Below are positions 39,485-49,264 of a stretch of 64,000 bases of DNA, one piece after another (position 1 is the stretch's first letter; each line of letters starts with the position of its first letter). The position numbers and the translations under genes are program-made. This DNA is from an uncultured Bacilli bacterium (GTDB lineage Bacteria > Bacillota_I > Bacilli_A > RFN20 > CAG-449), in the NCBI GenBank assembly GCA_944332075.1, contig CALVJL010000001.1:138775-202774 (forward strand). Direction: 5' to 3'. The notes under the pieces were generated by a model, which did not search any database, was not told the origin of the DNA, and saw only the letters and a program-made list of their open reading frames with translations.

Positions 39485-40891
39485 ATGCCAGAATTACCAG
39501 AAGTTGAAACTGTAAAAAAAGCTTTATTAAAACATCTAAAAGGACGTGAAATTATTTCATGTGACATTCTTTATCCGAAGATGATTAAATCACCTCTTGA
39601 AGAATTTTCAACATTTTTTAATCATAAAATAATTCAAGATATTGAAAGAAAGGGAAAATTTCTTATTTTCATCTTTTCAGATCATGTATTAATATCCCAT
39701 TTAAGGATGGAAGGCAAATATCTTTACTTTAAAGATAGCGAACCAAATACTTTGCATGCAAAAGTTGTGTTTCATTTAGATAATAATGAAAAAGTCATCT
39801 ATGATGATGTCAGATGCTTTGGAATAATGGAATTACATACGTTAGTTGAATATCGAAATAACGAAATACCATGTTTAAAAAAACTTGGACCTGAACCATT
39901 TGTCACAGATGAAGATTATCTCTACAAAAAATTTCAAAGCCGTGATAAAGAAATAAAATCAGTTTTATTAGATCAAGAAATTATGACCGGTTTAGGTAAC
40001 ATCTATGTCGATGAAACTTTATTCAAATCTAAAATTAATCCATTTAGAATGGCCTCATCAATTACAAAAGAAGAAACTAAGGCTATCATTCAAAACTCGC
40101 GAATTATTCTCACTAACGCAATTGAAAAAGGTGGTTCAACTGTCTCTAGCTATCACCCTGAAAATGGTGTTGATGGAAAATTTCAAAACGAATTATTTGT
40201 TTATGGTCGCTCCTCTGAGCCTTGCAAAATCTGTCAAACAACAATTTTAAAGAAGCACTTAGGCGGTCGGGGAACTTCTTATTGCCCAAACTGCCAACAT
40301 GTTGCTAAGATTATCGGAATATATGGAAAAATTGCTTCAGGAAAAACTACTGTTTTAAATTATTTAAAAAATCAGGGTTATAAAGTTTTTTCATGCGATG
40401 AATATATTGCTGCCCTTTATAGTTCATCATTGCCTTTCAAAAAATTCTTAATCGATACTTTTCATGAAGAAGTTATTAATGACAATGGTAGTATATCTAA
40501 AACATATATCAAAGAGATGATAAATCAAAATGAAGAACTAAAAAAAGCTTTAGAAAACTATCTCTACCCAGAAGTAAAGAAAGCTCTTCATGCTTTTGTA
40601 AAACAAAATATTAATGAAAAGCTAGTTTTTGCGGAAATTCCTCTTCTTTATGAAGCTCATTTTGAAAAGGAAGTAGACTACGTTTTAGGCATTGATGCTT
40701 CATTGATGACCCAAATGAGAAATTTAAATCTTCGCGGGAGCAAAGATGTAGCGGCCGATATAAAATTAAATCAAACTAATAAATTTGATGAAAATGCTGG
40801 CAAAGTAAATTATTTAATCGCCAATAATGATTCGCTTAGCTATTTATACGCACAAATCGACAAAGCACTATTATATTTTTCTAAAATCTAA
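39485..40891 (+). CDS. Fused formamidopyrimidine-DNA glycosylase (Fpg/MutM) and dephospho-CoA kinase (CoaE)
   Basis: N-terminal MPELPEVETV... and the C4 zinc finger CKICQ...CPNCQ end the Fpg domain at about aa 270. A P-loop IGIYGKIASGKTT and a CoaE-like domain (about 200 aa) follow immediately in the same frame with no stop. Confidence 0.8.
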   Translation: MPELPEVETVKKALLKHLKGREIISCDILYPKMIKSPLEEFSTFFNHKIIQDIERKGKFLIFIFSDHVLISHLRMEGKYLYFKDSEPNTLHAKVVFHLDNNEKVIYDDVRCFGIMELHTLVEYRNNEIPCLKKLGPEPFVTDEDYLYKKFQSRDKEIKSVLLDQEIMTGLGNIYVDETLFKSKINPFRMASSITKEETKAIIQNSRIILTNAIEKGGSTVSSYHPENGVDGKFQNELFVYGRSSEPCKICQTTILKKHLGGRGTSYCPNCQHVAKIIGIYGKIASGKTTVLNYLKNQGYKVFSCDEYIAALYSSSLPFKKFLIDTFHEEVINDNGSISKTYIKEMINQNEELKKALENYLYPEVKKALHAFVKQNINEKLVFAEIPLLYEAHFEKEVDYVLGIDASLMTQMRNLNLRGSKDVAADIKLNQTNKFDENAGKVNYLIANNDSLSYLYAQIDKALLYFSKI

Positions 40892-41192
40892 GTCCAATAA
40901 TAACGCTGCGCCTAACTATTAATTTTCGCTGTTTAGAAAATAAAAGATTTAAATCTAATGATAATTCATAATCAAAAATTTCACCGATTTGCTGGGGATT
41001 ACCATAATATATAAATTTGTACTCTTTATCATTGATAAAAGATAATAATTTCTCACCATATCCCTCATCCATTAAAATAGAAGAAATTATCTGGCACTGT
41101 GATGCCAGATAATTTTTTTCTGAATTGATTTGAATTAGATCACTGCAAAGAAGAATTCCGATTGCTCCAAGAAAGATTAATATTTTTTTCAT
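40881..41192 (-). CDS. Hypothetical exported small protein
   Basis: 103 aa with an N-terminal signal or lipoprotein-like sequence MKKILIFLGAIGILLCS. It is the last gene of the five-gene minus-strand cluster. Confidence 0.45.
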   Translation of the reverse strand: MKKILIFLGAIGILLCSDLIQINSEKNYLASQCQIISSILMDEGYGEKLLSFINDKEYKFIYYGNPQQIGEIFDYELSLDLNLLFSKQRKLIVRRSVIIGLRF

Positions 41193-42326
41193 TTAACCAA
41201 GTAAAACCTCCATATATTCTCTTAGCAAAATAATCACCTCAAAAGCCAAAATTAAAGTTAAACAAATCTTGAAAACGCTTGTTATTTCTTCATAATTTTC
41301 GTTTATATGTTTTAGTCTTCCTAATAATTCATTAACAGTTTGATTGTCACTAGTTCGAAAATCATTTTTAATGACTAATCGATAAATTAAGAGCATACCA
41401 TCCTCAAAATAGGGGTAAGGATATTTTTTTATAATTTTGAGAGTTGGTTGCAAATCTAGATTTTGATATGACGTTTTAAGATTTTCAAGCTCATTTATTC
41501 CAGCTCTCGTCAAAATATTATTTGCCAGCAAAAACGCATTGTATGGTGTTTCTGTCTGCACATAGAATAAAAAGGAAGACAAAAATCTTTTAAAGAGTAT
41601 TTTTTTAAACAAGTATTTATTATCATTTAACAATAAAATTGAAGCTATAAAAACAATTAATGTCATAGCGACCTTTTCAAAGCAGAAAATAATTAAAAAA
41701 ACATGTTTCGACAATAATAAAGTATATATGTCGCTGAATAATATAATTATAAAAGCAAAAAACAGGGTATTGCCAATTGCTGATTTGATCAAATCGACAT
41801 ATGTATTTATTTTTTGCTGATTTTCGCTTTCTGAAGCATATATATTGCTAATAGTAATTAATATTTTGAATGAAGATATAATATCTTTACGATAATTGTC
41901 TAAAAACAAAAGTTTCTTCATCAAGGTAAATGGCTGATAAGAAAAATAAGCATCTAATCTGTTAAGGCGAACATCATCACTAGAAAGCTGTTCTATTTCA
42001 CTAAATATTTTTTTATCTAAATGTTGATAAGCTTCGCAGAGAGATTCATGAATTCTTTTTCCAGATAATAGTGAGAAATAAACAAACAATATAAATTGAT
42101 TGCTCTTCATCTCTTTGGAAATTTTTTTATCTTTTTTTTCGATAATAAGATAGATTATCAGATAGCCAATAAACGACAAAATCATAAGCCAATAACGGAT
42201 AACTTCAGGAAAAATAAGAAAAGTGACTGTCACATCAATTAGAATTAAAAAAATCAAATAATATTTACATTTCTTCATAATATAACCGGTATTTAATATT
42301 CCTTTCATAAAAATACGAAATGACAA
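41193..42326 (-). CDS. Hypothetical polytopic membrane protein
   Basis: 377 aa with at least six TM helices. The start is possibly at MKKCKYY (42278). It overlaps the upstream ORF. Confidence 0.5.
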   Translation of the reverse strand: MSFRIFMKGILNTGYIMKKCKYYLIFLILIDVTVTFLIFPEVIRYWLMILSFIGYLIIYLIIEKKDKKISKEMKSNQFILFVYFSLLSGKRIHESLCEAYQHLDKKIFSEIEQLSSDDVRLNRLDAYFSYQPFTLMKKLLFLDNYRKDIISSFKILITISNIYASESENQQKINTYVDLIKSAIGNTLFFAFIIILFSDIYTLLLSKHVFLIIFCFEKVAMTLIVFIASILLLNDNKYLFKKILFKRFLSSFLFYVQTETPYNAFLLANNILTRAGINELENLKTSYQNLDLQPTLKIIKKYPYPYFEDGMLLIYRLVIKNDFRTSDNQTVNELLGRLKHINENYEEITSVFKICLTLILAFEVIILLREYMEVLLG

Positions 42327-42612
42327 TAACTTTTAAATGTACTTCATTGCAATAAGACACACTTTTAACACCATTGAGATAATAATTAAAATATGCAACA
42401 ATTTCTTTGTAATAGAATTGATTGTCTAGATTGTTTTTGATTAGTTTATGAAATCTACTTTCAAAAAGATTTCTATTTAAGAACATCTCATTTTCCTTTT
42501 GATATAAACTTGATTGATATGCCTCTTTGGAACATTCGTAAACTAACGATTGCACATCATCCACTCTTAAGGGAACAATCAAAATCATTAAAAAAATTAA
42601 AAGATATTTCAT
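42265..42612 (-). CDS. Hypothetical secreted protein
   Basis: 115 aa with an N-terminal signal peptide MKYLLIFLMILIVPL. Confidence 0.45.
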   Translation of the reverse strand: MKYLLIFLMILIVPLRVDDVQSLVYECSKEAYQSSLYQKENEMFLNRNLFESRFHKLIKNNLDNQFYYKEIVAYFNYYLNGVKSVSYCNEVHLKVIVISYFYERNIKYRLYYEEM

Positions 42613-43487
42613 AAAATCGTCACCTTTTTTTGGTAAATTATTTCATCAAACCAAGCAGTTATTTCTGTTTTCAGTAAGCTATGCGTAAATTCAAAAGAAA
42701 CATTAATTTGGAACGAGCAATTATTGTTCATTAAAACTATTTTTGCATCTAGAAAAGTCTCTTCATAGTTATTTGGAAAATATAAATTTCGCGAACTAAC
42801 TATGTTTTCATAATTATCTGTACACATTTGCATTGTTCCAATTTGATAATAAAACTCTTCTTTAAATTGCAATAGAAGTCTGTTGTCTAACTGAATAGCT
42901 TGCAATGGAAATTCATAACCAAATCTAAGATAATCATAACCGATTAATGGAAAAATTTCTTTTTCTGAATAAGCAAAGAAATATCCATATAAATTTAAAT
43001 TATCTACGCCTTCTAAGTAAACGATGTCAAGTTTTGATAAATCTATGAACTTATTAACACTAAAATTATCATTTATAACGTGAATAGCTTGAAGTTTATT
43101 ATTCTCAATAATATCAATATTTTTTCCAATTAGATAATAATCAAGATAGAAAGTATTATTGTATTGATCTAGGCTTAAATGATTAATGTCTTTAAGCAAA
43201 GACATCTGGTAAACCATCTTTTCATCGGTAATTATTTTTACGATTATTTCCCCTCCATTTTGTTTTAAGTCATTATCATTAAATGTTAAATAGTATCCAG
43301 ATTCAGAGATAACAGCAGCTTGTTTAGTTTCAGAAAATGTTATCAAAACTTCATATTGTTGCTTAGAGAATAATCCTATCTCTGCCGTATCTTTTTCAAC
43401 AGATAGTTTAGCTTGAAATGGAGAATTATAATCGCTTGTTCCCGAAAAAGATGAAAGCAATATAATTGGAATTATTAACTTTTTCAT
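42609..43487 (-). CDS. Hypothetical secreted protein
   Basis: 292 aa with signal peptide MKKLIIPIILLSSFSG. It is Asn/Tyr-rich. Its start overlaps the upstream gene stop by 1 nt. Confidence 0.5.
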   Translation of the reverse strand: MKKLIIPIILLSSFSGTSDYNSPFQAKLSVEKDTAEIGLFSKQQYEVLITFSETKQAAVISESGYYLTFNDNDLKQNGGEIIVKIITDEKMVYQMSLLKDINHLSLDQYNNTFYLDYYLIGKNIDIIENNKLQAIHVINDNFSVNKFIDLSKLDIVYLEGVDNLNLYGYFFAYSEKEIFPLIGYDYLRFGYEFPLQAIQLDNRLLLQFKEEFYYQIGTMQMCTDNYENIVSSRNLYFPNNYEETFLDAKIVLMNNNCSFQINVSFEFTHSLLKTEITAWFDEIIYQKKVTIL

Positions 43488-43849
43488 TACATCAAACGGT
43501 AGAAATTTTTAATCGCCTTATTACGTAATCTATAATAAGTTGAGCGATTATATTTTTGCATCCACCAAAACTTATCTTCTGGGAAGAAGAATTCTTTCCA
43601 AATAATTTCCATTTCTTTTTTATTAAGAGATGCCAAGACAAAATTTATTCGGCATAGCTCTCTTTCATCATCAGTTAAGCTTTCTCCCGATGAGAGTTTC
43701 CAGAATGTTTTGTAGTCACAACTGGGATCGAAGAGCATACCGTCCTTGCAATTAGTACCTGCTTTGATTTGCTGGCAGATTAATAACTTATAACGTTGTA
43801 CTAATAAAATTATCGCGGCTTCCTCTTTTTTTGTATTTTTTTTGGTCAT
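43487..43849 (-). CDS. Small sigma-70 region-4-like / ArpU-family putative transcriptional regulator
   Basis: 120 aa, taken from the ATG at 43849 which has an AGGAGGT RBS. The C-terminal ...NRSTYYRLRNKAIKNFYRL resembles a sigma region 4.2 HTH. It heads a co-directional cluster of exported and membrane proteins. Confidence 0.45.
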   Translation of the reverse strand: MTKKNTKKEEAAIILLVQRYKLLICQQIKAGTNCKDGMLFDPSCDYKTFWKLSSGESLTDDERELCRINFVLASLNKKEMEIIWKEFFFPEDKFWWMQKYNRSTYYRLRNKAIKNFYRLM

Positions 43850-44053
43850 ATTTTTACCTCCTGTTGAATTTATTTTAACCAAATACCCATACATCCCCGT
43901 TACTTTTGAACTTTTATTTTTTTATCCCAATTAAGTATCAAAAAATTTCATTTTAATCTCCTATCCTTATCTATTTTACATGAATTATTCAATCTTCCAT
44001 CAAAGACTTTTAGTTTTATTTATTTAATTTAAAAATAATCATATAATCATCTT

Positions 44054-44755
44054 ATGAGTAAAAAGAAATATTTATTTTTATTATCGGCTATATTATTGAT
44101 TTCGTGCCAAAATAACTCTTATTCCAAGAGTTATCTATCCTCATCGGCACAATCGGTCGTTCCTATCACAAATCAAAACTTAAGCAAATATTGTTCAATG
44201 AATTTGTCTTTTATACTTTATGTCGGAAATAATTCTTGCTCAACCTGCAGTATATATAAACGTAATCTTAATAATTTAATCAAAGAAGAGAATATCCTTG
44301 TTTTTCATCTAAATTATTCTGAAAGCGACAATAACTATCTTTCTATTGAAGACAACCTTTTATTTCCTAAAATAGAAGCAGATGAAGCGCCTTGTTTATT
44401 CTTTATTTTAAATGGAAACATCAATGAATATTACCCATATGATGATAGTTATTTAAACATTAGCAATCTCAGTAACATTATATTTTCTGAAAGAAATTTT
44501 GAGAATTATCTTTTAAATGATTTTAACGAAGATGGGTCTTTTATTTCAAAAAAATTATCATTACAAAAAAATAAATATTATTATTTTGACAACTATTCTT
44601 CACCTTTATTAAGCCAAGAAGTCAATTCCTATTTGGAAACACATAATCTAGCAATAAATTATTACTTTTATCATGAAAAAAGCGAGATTTCTGAAAATCT
44701 CACTTTACCATGTTTAATTTATTATGGTGAAACAATTGAATATTTAGTAATTTGA
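44054..44755 (+). CDS. Hypothetical lipoprotein
   Basis: Signal peptide plus lipobox LLISC-Q. The mature protein is Asn/Tyr/Ser-rich. Confidence 0.55.
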   Translation: MSKKKYLFLLSAILLISCQNNSYSKSYLSSSAQSVVPITNQNLSKYCSMNLSFILYVGNNSCSTCSIYKRNLNNLIKEENILVFHLNYSESDNNYLSIEDNLLFPKIEADEAPCLFFILNGNINEYYPYDDSYLNISNLSNIIFSERNFENYLLNDFNEDGSFISKKLSLQKNKYYYFDNYSSPLLSQEVNSYLETHNLAINYYFYHEKSEISENLTLPCLIYYGETIEYLVI

Positions 44756-45541
44756 CCAAGCTACTAAATCAATTTTTGCTTTCACCAAACGATCGAGTTT
44801 CGAATTTTCTCTATAATCCGCGGTTACCGATGCTTCAACGCGGCGGTCACCAACTAATTCATCAGCAACTTCACTTTTTCCTGATTTATAGACAGCTATA
44901 GACAAGCCGCTTCTTTCCTTAATTAATGTCATGCAAGGAATATCTGTAATGCCATCTCCAATATATATCATATTAGAAAACTCAACATGTTTTTCACCAA
45001 TTTTTTTGTTAATGGTCTCATCATCAAGGATATCAAGAGTTCCTTTACTGATACGGAATAAGTATTGCGTTTTTGAAGTATAATTAATAATCATATTCGG
45101 CCAAACAGCAATTCCATTTTCGTCATATACGTAGCTACAAGCAAAAATCTTTTTGAATTTGCTAGCAATTTTTGTTCCTTTTAAAATTTCTCTATTACCA
45201 GAAGAAATAACATAATGTTCAATTGCTACTCCGCGGCTTTTACCATATTCATTAATTCTGTCAAACCAGGAAAGAACACCTTCGTAATATTCAATGCTCT
45301 GACCCAAAGAATTAAGGTATTCTTCAGTTAACGGAATATTTTTCTTTTTGCATTGATCCATCATCATGAAGAGATATGCTAACGTTCTTTCGCAATGATG
45401 ATCCTTTGAGAATTGTCCAGTTTTTTCCCAGAATTCCGCATTACTCATACCAAGATTTTCAATAAATTTAAAATTTTGCATGTCCTTGGTAGCTAATGTC
45501 TTATCAAAATCATAGATTATTGCAAGTACTTTTTCTTTCAT
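44744..45541 (-). CDS. HAD-superfamily hydrolase
   Basis: Motif I IYDFDKTL (DxDxT) and motif IV IYIGDGITDIPCM are present. 265 aa. Confidence 0.7.
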   Translation of the reverse strand: MKEKVLAIIYDFDKTLATKDMQNFKFIENLGMSNAEFWEKTGQFSKDHHCERTLAYLFMMMDQCKKKNIPLTEEYLNSLGQSIEYYEGVLSWFDRINEYGKSRGVAIEHYVISSGNREILKGTKIASKFKKIFACSYVYDENGIAVWPNMIINYTSKTQYLFRISKGTLDILDDETINKKIGEKHVEFSNMIYIGDGITDIPCMTLIKERSGLSIAVYKSGKSEVADELVGDRRVEASVTADYRENSKLDRLVKAKIDLVAWSNY

Positions 45542-45599
45542 TTATTTTCACCACAGATATTTTACTAATTTTTTTAAAAATTGTCACTTCAATTTTTTT

Positions 45600-46364
45600 C
45601 TAGTTAATTTTAATTTGATAATTTAGCTTCTTTTTAACGATTTTAACAGCTATTTCTACGATAAAAACCAAAATAACGACCTCGATAAGTAATGCAAATA
45701 GATGTGCAAAATCCAAATTTTGTTTATATAAATAGACAATATTTCCTAATGAATTGTTACTTTGACAGATGTATTCACCCATTATCATCACTTTAATACC
45801 TAAACCAAAAGTTTGAAGGCACGTCATTAAAATATATGGCATGATTAATGGTAAATAGATAATAAAATATTTTTTTATAAATGAAACATTTTCTGTTTTT
45901 AATGTCAATAAGTAGATTGTATCTATTTCATCTAAGGCTGCGATAAATCCTTCAATCATTACAGGTAAAACCATCAATAGAGTGATTAAATACGGGGCTT
46001 TATCCGCGCCTAAACTGATCCAAAGGTACACCGATACGATTGCTAATGGTGTTGCCTTTAATAATAAAAGTAATGGTTTAAAAATTAAAAAGATATCTTT
46101 TTTTAGCAAATAGATGAAGGATATTAAAAGAGAAATAACTAAAGAAATGCCTAAGACAATTATAACTCTAAGCAAAGTCATGCCTAAGCTTAAATATATT
46201 TCTTTACTAGTTAAAAGTTCACCTAAAGAAATAAAAATAGAATTCCATGAAGGATAAATTAATTGGTTATCTTTAACAAGTGAAACTATTAAATAAAAGA
46301 CAAAAATTAAAACAATTCCGCTGGCAAAAAAACTGATTTTAGATAGAGTAGTAGAAGTTTTCAT
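45600..46364 (-). CDS. ABC transporter permease (NitT/TauT/Ssu-type)
   Basis: 254 aa with six TM helices and a binding-protein-dependent permease fold. It overlaps the upstream SBP gene. Confidence 0.65.
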   Translation of the reverse strand: MKTSTTLSKISFFASGIVLIFVFYLIVSLVKDNQLIYPSWNSIFISLGELLTSKEIYLSLGMTLLRVIIVLGISLVISLLISFIYLLKKDIFLIFKPLLLLLKATPLAIVSVYLWISLGADKAPYLITLLMVLPVMIEGFIAALDEIDTIYLLTLKTENVSFIKKYFIIYLPLIMPYILMTCLQTFGLGIKVMIMGEYICQSNNSLGNIVYLYKQNLDFAHLFALLIEVVILVFIVEIAVKIVKKKLNYQIKIN

Positions 46365-47283
46365 CTGGTAATTTATTTCCGTATTGAGCGCTCAACGATA
46401 ACTCATTCATTTTATTAAAATATAACTCGATTGCTTCTTTATCGTTGTCACTAATTTGGTAATGGCAATGCGGAATTGCTTTTTTTAGAATATCTTCTCC
46501 TAAAGCTTTAAATGTTTGGTACATTGAAACAGCATTTTTTGCCGTTTGCTCAGGATTTTCATTTGCAGCAACTACAGAATCTGATAAAGCTTCTAAAATT
46601 GAATCTATTTTTCCTTTTAATGACTCTTTAAAGAATATTGAAGCTTGAGGGTAGGAGTTTTGAGAAAATGTCTCAGACCAAACATCTTGTAAGTCAATTG
46701 TATATAAATTTTGTGACGACATTAATTTTGTTAATGAAGGTTGAGCTGAAATAATATATTCGGCTTCATTACTAACTAATAAAGAATTGGCAGTTCCAAC
46801 ATCATCTGTATATGTTAAATCAATATCAAGATCTTTAGCTTTGATTAATGATTGTATAACAATATCAGGAGTACTATTTTTTCCAAACAAGGTAAGATTC
46901 TTTCCGTTTAAATCCTCAAGTGAATGTATTTCTTGTTTGCTAGCTACATACAAGTTTCCCCAAACAATTGTTTGATAATGTAAATACTTTTCTCCGTTAT
47001 TGCTATTATACATTTTCGCGCCTAAATTAGTTGGGGCTACAATAATATCATAAGAACCGGAAGTAAATGCCGCAACTAATGGATCTGAGCCAGCTTTTAT
47101 ATCAAAAGTACTACCTTCTGAAACATGCTCAGCATAATAATTTGCTAAAGCCAAAGCAGGTGTTCCATCAGGTGCGATAATGGATACATCATCAAATGAA
47201 ATAGAAGTATTGCTTGTCGAAGTAGTTCCTCCGCATGATACAAGCATTAATCCTCCTAAAACTATTAATAATAATTTTTTCAT
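46339..47283 (-). CDS. ABC transporter substrate-binding lipoprotein (NMT1/SsuA/ThiY-like)
   Basis: Signal peptide with lipobox LMLVSC-GG. About 300 aa periplasmic binding fold. Confidence 0.6.
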   Translation of the reverse strand: MKKLLLIVLGGLMLVSCGGTTSTSNTSISFDDVSIIAPDGTPALALANYYAEHVSEGSTFDIKAGSDPLVAAFTSGSYDIIVAPTNLGAKMYNSNNGEKYLHYQTIVWGNLYVASKQEIHSLEDLNGKNLTLFGKNSTPDIVIQSLIKAKDLDIDLTYTDDVGTANSLLVSNEAEYIISAQPSLTKLMSSQNLYTIDLQDVWSETFSQNSYPQASIFFKESLKGKIDSILEALSDSVVAANENPEQTAKNAVSMYQTFKALGEDILKKAIPHCHYQISDNDKEAIELYFNKMNELSLSAQYGNKLPDENFYYSI

Positions 47284-47353
47284 AATTAATCCTCCACGTG
47301 AGATTATAGCAAATTATATTTTAAAAGCATGTAACATTTGTTACACTATTAAT

Positions 47354-47932
47354 ATGAATATTTTAGATTTATTAAATGATCAAGAAAGAAAATTCTTAGC
47401 TTATCATCACATCCGAAAAGGTGATGTATTTTTAAAGGAAGGCGACAATCCCCATCATGTCTATTTTGTCATATCAGGTATAGTAAAAATCTCTTCGTTT
47501 TCCTCGCATGGCGATGAAGAATTAATTAATATTCTCCAACAAGGTGATATCTTTGCTAATGCATTAACTTTTTCAGGGACACATTTATATGGAGATGTTA
47601 TTGCTATGGATAACGCAGTCGTAGCATCCATAGATGAATCATCTATTATCGAAATATTTTCGACTAATCCAGCATTTCTTAAAGAATATTTAAACATTCT
47701 AAGCGAGAAGACCATCTCTTTGCAAATGCGAGTTAAGTTATTATCTAAGCGAACAATTGAAGAAAGATTAATTTTTTATTTGGAAACACACAATAGAAAA
47801 ATAAAGAAAAATATTTCCACACTTTCAATGATTTTATTATGTCCGCGACCGTCACTATCTAGATCTGTCAGTAAATTAAAAAGAGAAGGAATTCTTATTG
47901 AGAAAAACCATTATATTTATTTAATCAAGTGA
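47354..47932 (+). CDS. Crp/Fnr-family transcriptional regulator
   Basis: The cNMP-binding beta-roll (...GDVFLKEGDNPHHVYFVISGIVKI...) and a C-terminal HTH (RPSLSRSVSKLKREGIL) are present. The start is trimmed to ATG 47354. It is divergent from the SBP gene. Confidence 0.75.
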   Translation: MNILDLLNDQERKFLAYHHIRKGDVFLKEGDNPHHVYFVISGIVKISSFSSHGDEELINILQQGDIFANALTFSGTHLYGDVIAMDNAVVASIDESSIIEIFSTNPAFLKEYLNILSEKTISLQMRVKLLSKRTIEERLIFYLETHNRKIKKNISTLSMILLCPRPSLSRSVSKLKREGILIEKNHYIYLIK

Positions 47933-48051
47933 TTGAAAAATATTTTTTTATTATAATACTAATTTTTAATAATAATTTTTATTTCTACCCTATATGAATA
48001 ATGAGTAGAGAAAATAAAAAAACTTCGGTCAACCCGAAGCGGAATTTTTTA

Positions 48052-48127
48052 TGGTGCCGACTGCAGGATTCGAACCTGTGACCTACTCATTACGAATGAG
48101 TTGCTCTACCAGCTGAGCTAAGTCGGC
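48052..48127 (-). tRNA. tRNA-Thr (CGU)
   Basis: Minus strand: GCCGACT TA GCTCAGCTGGTAGAGC...anticodon loop TTCGTAA...GGTTCGAATCC...AGTCGGC-A-CCA. It is followed by the terminator CTTCGG-n6-CCGAAG plus T-run at 48024-48050. Confidence 0.85.
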
Positions 48128-48201
48128 AACTAAAAACATTATAGATAGTTTTATTACTCTAGTCAAAGAAAAAAAGATTTTTGAAAATATAGGAGGAATG
48201 T

Positions 48202-49092
48202 ATGAAAAAGAAAAAAATCTTAACGACTGGAATTATAGTTGTTGCTTCATTAACCATGATTGCTGGAGGCCTAATTTTAGATAACTTTGAAGACAATCAA
48301 TCTAATGTAGAAACAGAAATAATTAATAACGGGATAAAATTATATTTATTAAGCGAGTCTGAGAATTTAGAAGGTGAAACTATAAAGACTTTTTCCTATA
48401 CTATTACACCAGAAGACGCGACAAACCAAGACATTAAAATAGCTGTACAATACAAAGGAGGTGGAAATTGCGAAGATAAAGTAACTGCTACAATTGATAT
48501 AGAAAAGAAATTAGTGACGGTTACTTGCTTAGAAGCTTTTGACAAAGAAATTGAAATAATTTTGACATCTCTTGATAATCCAGCAATTTCAGGAAAAGTT
48601 ATAGTTAATTATTTAAAGAAAATAAACGATGTTGCCCTAGAATTAGAAATATGGGATGAAGATAATAATTTGTTAATTACTCCAGAATATTCTATTTTCT
48701 CCAAAGATCAAGAGTATACTTTTTCAGTCGCTATCGAATCAATTTATTGTAATGATTATAATTTTTCTTATTCTTTTCCTGAACAAACAGAAGCGATGAT
48801 GGAAATTTTTAAATCGCATATTGAAAATGACTTAGGATTACCTACGGAAGAGGATTTTATCTCAGTAGCTAATGGCAATAATAAATATATTAACGCGCTT
48901 ATCGAAAATAATCACTGGTCTTACTATAATTTAGATGTTGATTACTCCATAACTGTAATGCCAGGCGGAAAAGTTTTTGAAAAAAGTGATATTCTTTGTC
49001 CTGATGTTACAAACGATGAAATGTACGATTTTTCACCATATAAAATTGCTGTCACATCAATCAATCCTGATTTAGGAAATATTGATTTTTAA
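48202..49092 (+). CDS. Hypothetical exported protein (N-terminal signal anchor)
   Basis: 296 aa. One N-terminal TM helix is followed by an acidic, Asn-rich extracellular domain. An RBS (AGGAGG) is present. Confidence 0.5.
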   Translation: MKKKKILTTGIIVVASLTMIAGGLILDNFEDNQSNVETEIINNGIKLYLLSESENLEGETIKTFSYTITPEDATNQDIKIAVQYKGGGNCEDKVTATIDIEKKLVTVTCLEAFDKEIEIILTSLDNPAISGKVIVNYLKKINDVALELEIWDEDNNLLITPEYSIFSKDQEYTFSVAIESIYCNDYNFSYSFPEQTEAMMEIFKSHIENDLGLPTEEDFISVANGNNKYINALIENNHWSYYNLDVDYSITVMPGGKVFEKSDILCPDVTNDEMYDFSPYKIAVTSINPDLGNIDF

Positions 49093-49264
49093 TGGATAAG
49101 AAGAAAAAAATCATAACTGTAGCAATCGCAATAGTGTTATTGAGTATATTTATCGGACTTTATTATTATTTATATTTGCATAACAAAGAAATAATCTACC
49201 ATTTAATCATTCCTTCAGAAATATTTTTTTAAATCTATTTTTATAAATATGCTATAATTTTTAT

